Assembly (NCBI RefSeq): GCF_963921235.1 | Contig: NC_086108.1 | Span: forward strand, 33,978,001 to 34,042,000 | From: Mobula hypostoma | Lineage: Eukaryota | Direction: 5' to 3' | DNA: 64,000 nucleotides | In this document: positions 10,603 to 23,081 of the stretch, in pieces | How the letters are laid out: each line of letters starts with the position of its first letter | Numbering within the stretch: the first letter of the stretch is position 1 | The notes under the pieces: generated by a model | What the model was told of the DNA's origin: nothing | Databases searched by the model: none | Seen by the model: only the letters and a program-made list of their open reading frames with translations | Made by a program: the position numbers and the translations under genes

Positions 10603-11092
10603 GTTTGGAGTGTTGTGTGTAGTTCTGGTCATCTACCTACAGAAAGGTACGAATAATATTGGAAGAGTACAGAAAAAAATTACATGACCTATAATATTGA
10701 AAGTGTACAGAGAAAATTTACAAGGCTGTTGCTGGGACTTGAGGACCGGAGTTATATGGGAAGGCTGAATAGGTTAGGAATTTATTCCCAGAACACAGAG
10801 GAATGAGAGGTATGGTTTATTCCCCTCAGCTTGGATGAGACTAGAACAAAAGGTCATAGATTTATGGTGAAAGGTGAGATATTAAATGGAAATCTGAGGG
10901 AAAACTTCTTCAGACAGGGTTGTGCAAGTGGAATGAGCTACCAGAGTAAGTGGTATAATACAGGTTCAGTTGTGAAAGTTTAGATAGGTAGTGTATATGG
11001 ATGGAAGGGGTTTGGAGGTCTGGGTGGAGGTAAATGGCATTAGACAGAAGATCAGGTCAGCATGGACTAGATGGGCTGAAGTACTCTATGAC
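10603..11092 (+). mobile_element. Old CR1 3' fragment
   Basis: ttggagtgttgtgtgtagttctggtc (LEYCVQFWSP-like) through to a CR1-type 3' UTR. Confidence 0.75.
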
Positions 11093-11550
11093 TAGTAACC
11101 TACTTTGGCACCAAGTGGCACCTTTTAATTTTTTCTTGTCAAGAGGAAACAGTCGATGATAAACAAATAAACTATTGAAAAGGGATTTTTGAATACTTTA
11201 GCTCCATGGTCTAATGAGCAAGTTATAAACGTTATAAAACCATTCGCTGCATGTGCCAAACATTGTTGCACATGTAGCAGGAAATAACAGACTTTAAAAC
11301 AATCATGAAAACAGATCTTGATTATGTGAACAAAATTTAAGTTTTAGTCAATCATTACAAGCTGTGTATATTTTTAAAGTTTAAAGATAATGTACAAGAT
11401 TTGGCATGTGGTGTGCTGTATGATTTGTCATATCTGCTTACACAGGACCAACATAGTGCTTCTTACAGAAAGGTTCATGCAAGAGAAGCTTTCAAGCAAA
11501 AAGATGGGCATGGAACAGGAAAGGAGGAGTATCAAAAACTCTAATGAAAA

Positions 11551-11700
11551 GTTATGTTTTGTAACTTCAAAACATTGAACTAATTCAAGGAAGACATGGG
11601 AGTCCAAAAAGTGAGTCTAATTTCAAGTTTCACTTTAAGAAAGACACGCACCTATCTCTTGGTAGCGTGATGATATATGCCATTCACGTATCTATACATA
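11551..11700. repeat. Partial LTR of the family at 20415/22505
   Basis: gttatgttttgtaact...gtgatgatatatgccattca resembles 22505-22640. Confidence 0.55.
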
Positions 11701-12035
11701 GTCAAAGAACATTTAAGGATGTTAAGGATGTTAACATTTAAGGAGGCTAAGGATTTCCAGCGAGAAGACATTTTATTTCTCGGAGTAGGAGAGAAGCCAG
11801 ACTGCGCAGGCGCGTGACGTCAGCCAGTTGAGCGCGAACAGTTTAAAAAGAAAACCGTCATAATCCAGCGGGCAGCGTCGGAGCGGGCTGCGAGTGAGAA
11901 GATGCAGAGTGAAAGGGCTTTGTCTCAACAGGCTTCAGCGGAGATGGGAAGAGGCTTTCTGCGAGCGTTGAATCTCATAGTAACGGAGTGAGTTACAGTT
12001 TTTTGGTATTTAGTGCAAACAGTAGCATTAGAGGT

Positions 12036-12893
12036 ATGCAACTAGGATTAGTGTTGTGCTTGGAGTGCCAGATGTGGGGACCCTGGGAGACTCCCAGCCT
12101 CCCCAAGGATTACATCTGCACCAGGTGCACTGAGATGAGGCTCCCGAAGGACCTTGTTAAGGAGCTGGAGATGGAAATTGATGACCTTCGGCTAATTAGG
12201 GAAAGTGAGGAGGTGATAGATACTACCTATAGAGAGGTAGTGGATAGCACCCCTGTGACAGTCCCCCTTAGAAATCGATATATCGTTTTGGATACTGTTG
12301 AAGAGGCAGACCTGACAAAGGAGGACCACAGTGAACGAGACTCTGGCATTCTGCCCAGTGTCGAAATCAAGAGAGCAAGAAGAAATGCGGTAGTTATAGG
12401 GGATTCCATCGTAAGGGGGACGGACAAGAGATTCTGCGAGCCGGACAAGGATACCCGGATGGTGTGTTGCCTCCCTGGTGTCCAGGTACGGGATGTCTCA
12501 GATCGAGTCCAGAGTATTCTGAGGAGAGAGGGCGAGCAGCCGGAAGTCTTGGTACATGTTGGTACCAATGACATAGACAGAAAAAGAGAGGAGGTCCTGA
12601 AGAAAGATTACTGGGAGCTAGGAAGAAAACCGAAAAGCCGGACCTCCAGAGTAATAATATCAGGATTGCTGCTTGAGCTGCGCGCTAATGATGGTAAGAA
12701 TAGCAGAATCAAGCAGATGAATGTGTGGCTAAGTAACTGGTGCAGGGGGCAGGGCTTCAAATTCTTGAATCATTGGGATCTATTTTGGGGAAGGTATGAC
12801 TTATACAAAAAAGATGGATTACACCTGAACTCAAAAGGTACTAATATCCTGGCGGGATTGTTTAATATATCTGTTAGGGAGGGTTTAAACTAA
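12036..12893 (+). CDS. CR1 ORF1: zinc finger/leucine zipper plus SGNH/GDSL esterase domain
   Basis: CLECQMW..CTRC, coiled coil, GDSIVRG, VHVGTND and DGLHL motifs; first ATG at 12036. Confidence 0.88.
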   Translation: MQLGLVLCLECQMWGPWETPSLPKDYICTRCTEMRLPKDLVKELEMEIDDLRLIRESEEVIDTTYREVVDSTPVTVPLRNRYIVLDTVEEADLTKEDHSERDSGILPSVEIKRARRNAVVIGDSIVRGTDKRFCEPDKDTRMVCCLPGVQVRDVSDRVQSILRREGEQPEVLVHVGTNDIDRKREEVLKKDYWELGRKPKSRTSRVIISGLLLELRANDGKNSRIKQMNVWLSNWCRGQGFKFLNHWDLFWGRYDLYKKDGLHLNSKGTNILAGLFNISVREGLN

Positions 12894-12994
12894 GTTGGCA
12901 AGGGGAAGGAAACCAAGGTGTTAGGGTCGAGGAAGAGGAAAATAGAAGTAAGTCAAAAATACCGTGCAGCAAAGATGGCAAGAAGGACAGGCTG

Positions 12995-15798
12995 GTGAAT
13001 ATACAGGATAATTTGCTGCAAAATAGAAATATAGCAAAATCGGCAACAGATACTGATCTAACTGTACTGTACTTAAATGCATGCAGCATTAGAAATAAAG
13101 TGGATGACCTTGCTGCACAGCTGCAGGTTAAAAGGTATGACATTGTGGCCATCACCGAGTCATGGCTAAATGATGGATGTGATTGGGAGCTGAATATCCA
13201 AGGATACACAGTGTATAGGAAGGATAAGAAGGTAGGTAAAGCGGGTGGCGTGGCCCTGATGGTAAGTAACGATATCAAATCAATAGAAAGAAGGGACATA
13301 GGATCAGAAGAGGTAGAATCCTTATGGGTAGAATTAAGAAATGGCAAGGGTAAAAAGACACTAATAGCAGTTATATACAGGCCTCCAAACAGCAGCTGGG
13401 ATGTGGACTACAAGTTGCAGCTGGAAATAGAAAAAGTGTGTCAGAAGGAAAATGTCAAGATAATTATGGGGGATTTTAATATGAAAGTGGATTGGGAAAG
13501 TCAGGAGGGTAATGGATCTCAGGAGAGAGAGTTTGTAGAATGCCTACAGGATGGCTTTTTGGAGCAGCTTGTCCAGAAGCCCACCAGGGGACCGGCTGTT
13601 TTGGATTGGGTGCTGTGTAGCGAACCTGAGGCGATTAGGGAGCCGGAGGTAAAGGAACCCCTTGGAAGTAGCGATCATAATATGATTGAGTTCAGTTTCA
13701 AATTTGAAAAGGAGAAGCTGGTATCAGGTGTATCGATATTTCAGTGGAACAGGGGAAATTACAGTGGTATGAGAGAGGAACTGGCCCAAGTCGATTGGAA
13801 AAGTAAGCTAAATGGAGGGATGCCAGAGCAGAATTGGATGAAATTCCTACAAGAAATAAGGAAAATGCAGGAAAAATATATTCCAAGAAAAAAGAAAATC
13901 ATGAATGGAAAAATGGCACAAATATGGCTAACGAGAGAGGTTAAGGCAAAAATAAAAGCAAAAGAAATGGCGTACAAGGAAGCAAAAATTAGTGGGAAAA
14001 ATGAGGACTGGAAGACTTTTAAAAACTTACAGAAGGAAACTAAGGAAGTCGTTAGGAAAGAAAAGATGAATTATGAAAGGAAGTTGGCGATTAACATAAA
14101 AAAGGATACTAAGAGTTTTTTTAAATATATGAAGAGTAAAAGAGTGACAAGGGTAGATATTGGACCGATTGAAAATGATGCTGGAGAAATTATAATGGAT
14201 AACAAAGAGATGGCGGAGGAACTGAATGAGTATTTTGCATCAGTCTTCACAGTGGAAGACATGAGCAATATACCTGATAGCCAGAGGTATCAGGGAATAG
14301 AAGTAGGTACAGTCAAGATAACCAGAGAGAAAGTGCTTGGGAAGCTAAGTGGACTAAGAATAGATAAGTCTCCTGGTTCGGATGTGGTGCACCCAAGGGT
14401 TCTGAAGGAGGTGGCTTTGGAGATTGTGGAAGCATTGGAAATGATCTTCCAGGAATCAATAGACTCTGGCATGGTTCCGGAGGACTGGAAGGTCGCAAAT
14501 GTAGTTCCGCTATTTAAGAAAGGAAGGAGGCAGCAAAAAGAAAATTACAGACCTATTAATACCTCGAGGTGCATGACAAGATAGGCCAAAGCCAGCATGG
14601 TTTCATGAAGGGAAGATCCTGCCTCACCAATCTATTGGAATTTTTTGAGGTAATCTCGAATAAGATTGACAAGAGAGAGGCTGTGGATGTTGTGTATTTG
14701 GATTTTCAAAAGGCCTTCGATAAGGTGCCGCATAAGAGGCTACTTAATAAGATGAGAGCCCATGGAATTATAGGAAAGATATTGGAATGGGTGGAGCATT
14801 GATTGATAGGCAGAAAGCAAAGGGTGGGAATAAAGGGATCTTATTCTGATTGGTTGCCGGTTACTAGTAGTGTTCCGCAGGGGTCGGTGTTGGGGCCGCT
14901 TCTTTTTACGATGTATATCGATGATTTGGATTATGGATTAAATGGTTTTGTGGCTAAGTTTGCGGATGACACCAAGATAGGTGGAGGAGCAGGAAGTGTT
15001 GAAGAAACGGAAAGGTTGCAGAGAGACTTGGTCGGTTTAGGAGAGTGGGCAAAGAAATGGCAGATGAGATACAACGTTGACAAATGTACGGTTGTGCATT
15101 TTGGAAGAAGAAATAATTGGGCAGATTATTATTTAGATGGGGAGAAAATTCAAAAATCGGAAGTGCAATGGGACTTGGGAGTCCTCGTGCAGGATACCCT
15201 AAAGGTTAACCACCAAGTTGGATCGGCGGTAAGGAAAGCGAATGCTATGTTGACATTCATTTCAAGAGGAATAGTGTATAAGAGTAAGGAGGTGTTGATG
15301 AGGCTCTATGGCGCATTAATGAGATCTCATTTGGAATACGGTGTGCAGTTTTGGGCCCCCTATCTTAGAAAGGATATACTGATGTTGGAGAGAGTTCAGA
15401 GAAGATTTACGAGGATGATTCCTGGAATGCAGGGGCTAACATATGAGGAGCGTTTGTCGGCTCTTGGACTGTATTCATTAGAGTATAGAAGAATGAGAGG
15501 GGATCTCATAGAAACATTTCGAATGTAGAAAGGGTTGGACAGAGTAGATGTAGAAAGGCTGTTTCCCTTGGTGGGAGAGTCCAGGACAAGAGGCTACAGT
15601 CTTAGAATTAGAGGGTACCCAGTTAAAACAGAGATGAGGAGAAATTTTTTTAGCCAGAGAGTCGTGGATTTGTGGAATTCGTTGCCACATACAGCTGTGG
15701 AGGCCCGATCATTGACAGTGTTTAAGGAGGAGATTGACAGGTATCTAATTAGTCAGGGTATCAAGGGATATAGGGAAAAAGCCGGAAGTTGGAACTAA
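12995..15798 (+). pseudogene. CR1 ORF2 (APE endonuclease + RT), disrupted
   Basis: YLNA, ITESW, MGDFN, SDH, YLDFQKAFDKV, PQGSVLGP and FADD motifs; deletion/frameshift at ~14560; stops at 14800 and 15526. Confidence 0.92.
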
Positions 15799-15890
15799 AT
15801 GGGTGAATAGTTTAGCTCATGGAGGAGTGACGGAGCAGACTCAATGGCCCGAATGGCCTACTTCTGCTCCTTTGTTTTGTGAACTTGTGA

Positions 15891-18460
15891 TTTATTATCA
15901 AAGTAAGGATGCTGAATACAACCCTGAGATTTGTCTTTCCCACGGTCAGCCAAGAAACACAGAAAACCATGAACCATGAAATAAAAATAAATACTGCAGT
16001 GCTAAATAACGAGAACATGAGATAATAAGATAAAGAGTCCTTAAGATGAGATAATTGGTTGTGGGAACATCTCAATGAATGGACAAGTTATCCCCTTTGT
16101 TCAAGAGTCTGATTATTGAGGGGTAGTAATTATTCTTGAAACTGAGATTCCTGTGCCTTCTACCTGATGGCAGCAGCGAGAAAAGAGCCTGGTCTGGGTG
16201 GTGGGGATCTCTGATGATGAATTCTGCTTTCCTATGATAACCTTTCATTCAGACATGCTCATTGGTTGGAAGGGCTTTATCCATTTTGTACTGGAGCGAG
16301 TCCATTAACTTTTGTAAGATTGTCCGTTCAAAGGGATTGGTGTTTCCACACTAGGCTATGATGCAGCCAGAAAATACACTCTCCACCACACATCTATAGA
16401 GGTTTGCCAAAGTTTTAGTTCTCATGCGGAACCTCTGCAGAATCCTGAGGAAGCAGCAGTGCGGCCACGCTTTCTTCACAATTGCACTTGCATGCTGGGT
16501 CCTCTGAAATAGTAGCATAGAAAATTTAAAGTTGCTAGTAGCATAGAGAAATTTAAACCTATGGTTCTCCAATGGAGACTGTCTGATGGGCCTTTGGTTT
16601 CCCTCTCATGAAATCTACAATTAGTTGCTTGGTCTTGCTGACATTGTATGAGAGGTGGTTGTTATGACACCACTCAGCCAAATTTTCAGTCTCCCTCCTG
16701 CATTCTGATTCATCACCACCTTTGATTCGGCCCACAACAGTGGTGTCATCAGCAAAATTGAACATGGTATTAGAGCAGTGCTTAGCCACATAATCATAGG
16801 TGCCAATTGAGTAGAGCAGGGGGCTAAGCACACAATCCTGTGGTGCACCTGTGCTGATGGAGATCGTGGAGGAGACGTTGTTGCTATCTGAACCATTCTG
16901 ATTCAATTCGCTCAGATTGAGGTTCCTGTTTGGTTGAACCCCAAATCATACAGACCCTAGACGTATATTATTTATGAAAGGTGGCCTTCTCATGTGGCTG
17001 TTAGCAGAAGTAGTAAACGAGCCAAGTTCGTATGCAGTCTCAGTGAGAAGGTTACAAGGGGATGATGATATTAAATGCTGAGCTGTAATTGATGTTTGCA
17101 TCTTTGCTGTCCAGATGTTCCAGGATTTAGTGAAGAGCTAAGGAGATGGCATCTGCTGTGGACTTGTTGCCCTAGTAGTCAAACTGGAATGGATTCAAGT
17201 TGCCCCACATGGCTGGGCTGATATGTTTTAACACCAGCTTCTTAAAACACTTCATTACTGTGGATGTAACTGCAACTGGGCGCTAGTCATTGAGACAGGT
17301 TACCGTGCTCTTCTTGGGCATCAGCATGATTGAAGCCTGCTTGAAACGGGTGAGTACTGCCACAGTGAGAGATTAAAGATCTCAGTGAACACATGGCACT
17401 GTTGGTCAGCACAGGTCTTTAGTACATGGCCCGGTACCCTATCCAGTCTGGATGCTCTCCTTGGATTTACTCTCTTGAAGGAAGCCTGCACATCAGCTTC
17501 AGATACGGAGATCCAAGGATTATTGGGAGGTGTGGGGGTTCGCGATGGTTCCTCCATGTTCTGATGGTCGAAGTGAGCATAGAAGGCATTGAGCTTATCT
17601 GGAAGTGAAGCCCTGTTGTCTCTCATGATGCTTGATTTAACTTTGTAGGAGGTGATAACATTCAAGCCCTGCCACAGCTGCCAAGCATCCCTTGTTGACT
17701 CGAGTTTGGTCCAGAATCTCCATTCTACCCATTAGATAGGTTTCTGGAGATCATACCTGCACCACTTGTAGTTTTCTTTGTCTCTAGACTTGAATGCCTT
17801 TAATCTGTCCCTCAGCAGATTTCAGACCCCATCGTTCATCTAAGGCTTCTGATGGGAGAAGATTCTGAATGATTTGGAGGGGGTAAACTCATCTACAGTT
17901 ATTTTAATAAAATCCATGGTGTATTCATTCATATCTCTGGGTGAGTGCTTGTACACGGCCCAGTGCACTGACTCAAAGCAATCCTGCAATCATTCCTCTA
18001 CCTCCTGTGACCACCACTTAGTTATCCTGATCTCTGGAGCCTTACTTTTATGGCTCTGCTTGTATGCATGCAGGAGGAGGACAACCAAATGATCCAATTT
18101 ACCAAAATGCGATCTGGGAAAGGAATGGCAGGCAGTCCTTATCTGAGTGCAGCAGTAGTCTAGAGTGTTGGGCCTTCTGATGCTACAGGTCTACAGGTTA
18201 TATTCTGGTGATAATTAAGTAGGTTTTCTTCAAACAGGCCTGGTTGAAGTCTCCAAACATAATTTGAAATGCATTAGGATGGGCTTTTCCTTGTTTGGTG
18301 ATAGCATCACGCAGCATTGTGAGTGCTTGCTTATAGACAACTGCTGGTTGTATATAAGCTTCCACTAGGATCATGGGTGCAGACTTCTGAGGTGAAAGAA
18401 TAGTCTGTATTTGACCGTTACGCATTCCATGTTCAACAGGACCGCCATGTTGGAGCACCA
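15891..18460 (-). mobile_element. Degenerate Rex1/Babar-like LINE
   Basis: ISTGAPQDCVLSPLLYS, FADDTTVVG, LNAFYAHFD and GDFNQA fragments in shifting frames. Confidence 0.85.
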
Positions 18461-19229
18461 GTGGGAGTTCACATTGAAACACACACCTCCTCCCTTTGCC
18501 TTACCTGTGTCCGCAGCTTGGTCCATTCTGTAAATCATAAATCCTTCTGGTCTGTCTGCTACATCTGCTACAGACTACCAAGATCATGTGTATGCATGAT
18601 GGTAACAATGCTCCTAAGTTCTCGGAGTGGGAGAACAAATATCCAGCAGGTTCTTAAGAAAGTAAAGGAATTATGAGTTGGCTGTGAGTCTTGCTAATGG
18701 TCTGGATCTTCCTCTAGGTCCCCAATACCTCAAGTTTCCTTGTGTTGTCTGCCACCCACTTACCCAGACCCATTTGGGCAAAATGTAGTGGACCAATAAT
18801 CATTCAAGCATTTAACTGAAAATAAAATACATTAACACAATTTAAAATGGCAGTAGAGTAAAATAATTTTTAAAGTTTCTTATTGCTTCCCCATGAGTCA
18901 ACTGAAAATCATATTTGGTTTCTGTTCATGAGCCAAGTTCAAGCCCACTGTAGGATCACAGAAGCCATTCATTTGCAGTAATGTTGGAGCATCCTAACAA
19001 GACTGGACCCAAGCCAATTACTAGCATGGAGCAAAGTGATTGATGCATTGCCACGTTAAAGTAATGAAGACAATAAATGACTCTTGATAATATGGGTACA
19101 GGACACAACACTTTTTCACCTTGAATTAAGACATAAGATATAGAGGGCATCATTGAGCAGTATATTTTAAAAATGCTTGCTAACATGGTTAACTTGACTT
19201 CATTTTCTATGCAGGATTTACAAATCATA

Positions 19230-19795
19230 AACAGATACAGATAGGCCTTTTGACATACTGAGTCTGTGTCAACTATCAACCATTAGCATGTTGCAATATA
19301 AATTATTCTGCCTGGTCTTACTGACCTGCACCTGGACTGTAGCCCTCCATATCCCATCCCCCTACCACCCCATGTACCTATCCAAATTTTTCTTAAAAAT
19401 TCAAATCAAATCAGCTTTCACCAATTCTGCTGCGGCTTGTTCTACACTCTCAACACCCTTTGAGTGAGGAAGTTCCCCATCATGCTTCCCTTGAATATTT
19501 CATGTTTTACTCAATCTACGAACTCTAGTTCTAATCTCACCCAACCTCAATGGAAAAAAAGCCTGCTTGTATTTAGCCTATCTATACCCCTCATAATTTT
19601 GTATACCTCTATCTATCAAATTCCTCATTCCCCTGCACTCTAGGGATTTAAGTTCTAACCTATTTAATCTTTCCCTGTTACTCATGTCCTCAACTCCTGG
19701 CAAAGTCCTTGTAAATTTTCTGTCTACTCTTTCAATCTTATGGATATTTTTCCTGTAGGTTGGTGACCAGAACTGCACACAATACTCCAAATCAG
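19230..19795 (-). mobile_element. CR1 3' fragment
   Basis: EYCVQFWSPTYRK translation at 19578..19790. Confidence 0.8.
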
Positions 19796-20064
19796 AGATA
19801 TGTATGTGATATGTGATATAAAATTTAAAAATCCAATTAGTGCTGATATTAGAAATAATCTTGTTACTCTATAATTAATTATTGTTCATTATATCCTATC
19901 AAGCAGATCACTAAGCAATAGGAGTAGTTATTAACACTTGGTTCCTTGAAGGGAAGATTTATATTTGCAGAGAAATGAAATTTGATTCACCTATTGCTTT
20001 ATCCTTTACATTGTGTAAGTTCTGATACATATTCCTCTTTTTGCTGTATCAAATTTTATTTAAT

Positions 20065-20330
20065 TCATTGGGATACAATGTGGAATAAGCTCTTCTGGCC
20101 CTTTGAGTCACATTGCCCTGTCACACCTGATTTAACCCTAGCCTAATCACAGGACAATTTACAATGACCAGATAACCTACCAACTGGTATGTCTTTGGAC
20201 TGTGGGAGGAAACTGGAGCATGTGGTCACGGGGAGAACATACAAGCTCTTTACAGGCAGCGGTGGGAATTGAACCCTGGTCACTGGTACTGTAAAGCGTT
20301 GTGCTAACCACTACCCTACTGTGCTGCCTG
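20065..20330 (-). mobile_element. tRNA-derived SINE (HE1/V-SINE-like)
   Basis: Head ggcagcacagtagggtagtggttagcac...gggttcaattccc with A/B boxes; body contains tttcctcccacagtccaaagac. Confidence 0.8.
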
Positions 20331-20414
20331 TCTAAGCCTCTCCGATTAATCTCCTCTGCACTCTTTCCAGTGCAATCAGACCATTCCTGTCATGCGGCAA
20401 TCAGAAATGCATGC

Positions 20415-22746
20415 TGTTTTGCTTTGTAGCTCAAGAAATTAATGAAAAGTAAAACACAGGAAACCTATATCCTTAGTTTTTCCTTTCAGTGAGGCACTCA
20501 AATATGGTGTGGTGGCATAACAAAATATTGCCATTCACTAACTTCTTACATATAACCTACAATGAATTATGTAAACAGAATGCTTACTCAACCAATATAT
20601 TTACAATATTACTCAAATATTACCGAAATATTAAAAACACTACACTCCTCTCTGTTTAACTATAAACTCCAACTCAATATAGAATATATATCAACTCAAA
20701 TATGTAACATATTGTTCTCTAGTTTTATATATATCCATTTTAATTTTAATATAATCCATTTTAAATTGTCCCATTCAGGCCTAAAGTTTTAATTGCTGTG
20801 GAGAATTTCTTCCTTATGTGGGATAATGTCTTTCCTGACAAGGGGAGTCACTCTACTTAGCAGGTGAGACTTTTAGTTCTGAAACAATCTCAGCTTCTGG
20901 GGTCTCCTCTGTGCTGGTTGTATGAATTGACTCTGTAACTACAGGAAGTGGTTTTGATAGGCCTGGGCACCTTTCTTCTCTTACAGTTGATGCTCTCCTC
21001 AACTGCTCAATGTGTCATCTCCAGATGACATCAGATACAACCTTCACTGTGTCAAAGAGTAGTCCAGTTCTGTCCTTAATCTTTCTAAGTACTCACTTTT
21101 GATTATCTCTGCAGTCCCTTGTCCAGGAGTGAAACAACAAACCTTCGTGCCTGAGGAGCTCTCAATTTGTCTCAGCTGCTCAACTGTTTGTCCTGCATAC
21201 TCCTTCTGAGATCGGGTTTGAGAAGACCCAAGCTTGAGCGCAAGGGACAATCCAAGAACAGCTTAGTTGGCGAGTTGTTGGTTGTGGAGTGTGTATGTAA
21301 GGAGGACATTGATGAGCTTTTAATTCAGTGTTAGTGTCATGTGTTCCGCTGACATTGCTTGCAGTGCATTCTTTAGACCCTGGTCAAACCTTTATGCCAA
21401 GACATTCGTAGCTGGGTGGTACGGTGCAGATGTAATATGTCTTATTCCACTCATTTTCAGCAATGACTGAAACTGTTCCACCACATACTGTAGTCCATTG
21501 TCACTGATTAAGTGTTCTGGAACACCAGTCCTGTTTCATTCCCATCATTATCAGATTTTTCATTAACAGCACGCAAATTAGTGCTCTCTTTGAATATGCA
21601 ACTTGACTTTATCTTTTTCTCTTCCATGTGCAGTCCATTTATTTTTGTCTGCCTGAAATGCTCTCTGCTTTGTTGAATTTTCTGCAAGTTTCACCTTTAA
21701 ACCTGCATTGATCTCGTGTATGTAAGCATCTGCCACAAGGATAACAGAATTTTTTTGGCTAGGCAGGTTTCTGTTCAGACATTGCAATTTTGTTCACTCT
21801 CACTTTCATTCCTCACTGCAACTTATTTGCATCTCTGCCTGCTGTTTCTATTGATACAGCAATTTCCACTGCTCTTTTAAATGTGAGTTGTGCTTCAGTT
21901 AGGAGCCAATTTTGAATGTTTTCTTGTAAGATTCCACAAAATAAACAATCCCTCAGTGCATCATTATGTCCATCAATGAACTGACAATGCTCAGACAATT
22001 TCCTCAATTCAGCCGCATAACGGACTCTTCCTTTTCATTCCTCTTACAAAACCTAAAGCGTTCTACAATCAACAATGGTTTTGGTTCTAAAGTTCCTACA
22101 TTATGTTCTTGATATCAGCAAAGCTCATTTTGGCTGGTTTGGTTGGAACACTTAAACTTTGAAGTGAACTGTATTCTTTTCCACCTATTGCACCCAGCAG
22201 CACTGGTACTCACTTTTTCTTGGCTATTTCATTTGTTTCAAAATACAGCTCAATTCCTTCAACGTACATCATCCAGTTATCTGTTGTGGAATTGAATGCA
22301 TCTATCTTTCCAATGCAGACAGCCAATTCTGCTTTATTTATTATTATTATCATCGGCTACATGCTGTTTATGAACCCATGGATTTTGTGCACTTTCTGTC
22401 TTTTTTTACTCAACCACCTCTCTCCCCTTCTGAAGAAAAAACATGCTGTGCTCTAAAAGGTAGTTAGTTATCTCGGGTTCATTTTAAATCTACCTTGTTT
22501 CCACTGTTATGTTTTGTAACTCCAGGAATTAATCCAAAAAAATTCACAGGAACCCAGGATAACTTGTGTACTTACTTTTTCTTTTAGTGAGGTGCTCAGG
22601 TATGAGGTGTTGGTGTAATGATGTATGCCATTCATGTCCTGTACTTCGTACTTATAACCCATAATGAAATATGTAAACAAAGAACGCTTAATCAACCAAT
22701 ATATTTACAAAATTATTCATGTTACTGAAATATTAAATACACTACA
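20415..22746 (-). mobile_element. Decayed Gypsy LTR element with diverged LTRs (20415-20644, 22505-22746)
   Basis: TG...CA direct repeats, a PPT-like tract at 20645, gag remnant LRDCLFCG..LLTEAQLTFKRAVEIA, and an integrase remnant at ~21300-21540. Confidence 0.8.
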
Positions 22747-23081
22747 CACATAATACAAGGGCAGCCTATCCAGTGTTTAGTAATGTAACATCTAACCTCT
22801 GTGTTTTATGCCCTGACCTCTGAATTGCCTTCATGTCATATGCATTTTACCCCCTCTTTGCCAACACCCTCGTAAAACACCTTCATAATTGCCAACACCC
22901 CCCTAAAGCACCTTCGTACTTGCTGACGCCCCTCTCAGGCACAATATATTTGCCCGTGCCCCCATAGTGGAAAAACATGCCTACCATATGCTAATATGAG
23001 AAAAATTATTCTGTTTTAAATTTTTATTTGTCTTTAAGCCTAACTTATACAGTACCTGTTCGCTGCACAGCAGCTTTGATA

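Larger units (their letters stand above)
11781..15890 (+). mobile_element. Near full-length CR1 LINE
   Basis: CpG-rich 5' UTR, ORF1, APE-RT ORF2, and a 3' UTR ending in (ttgtga)-type repeats. Confidence 0.93.

Noticed and set aside
20240..20330. tRNA gene
   Set aside because: It is the tRNA-derived head of a SINE and continues into a SINE body; no full cloverleaf.
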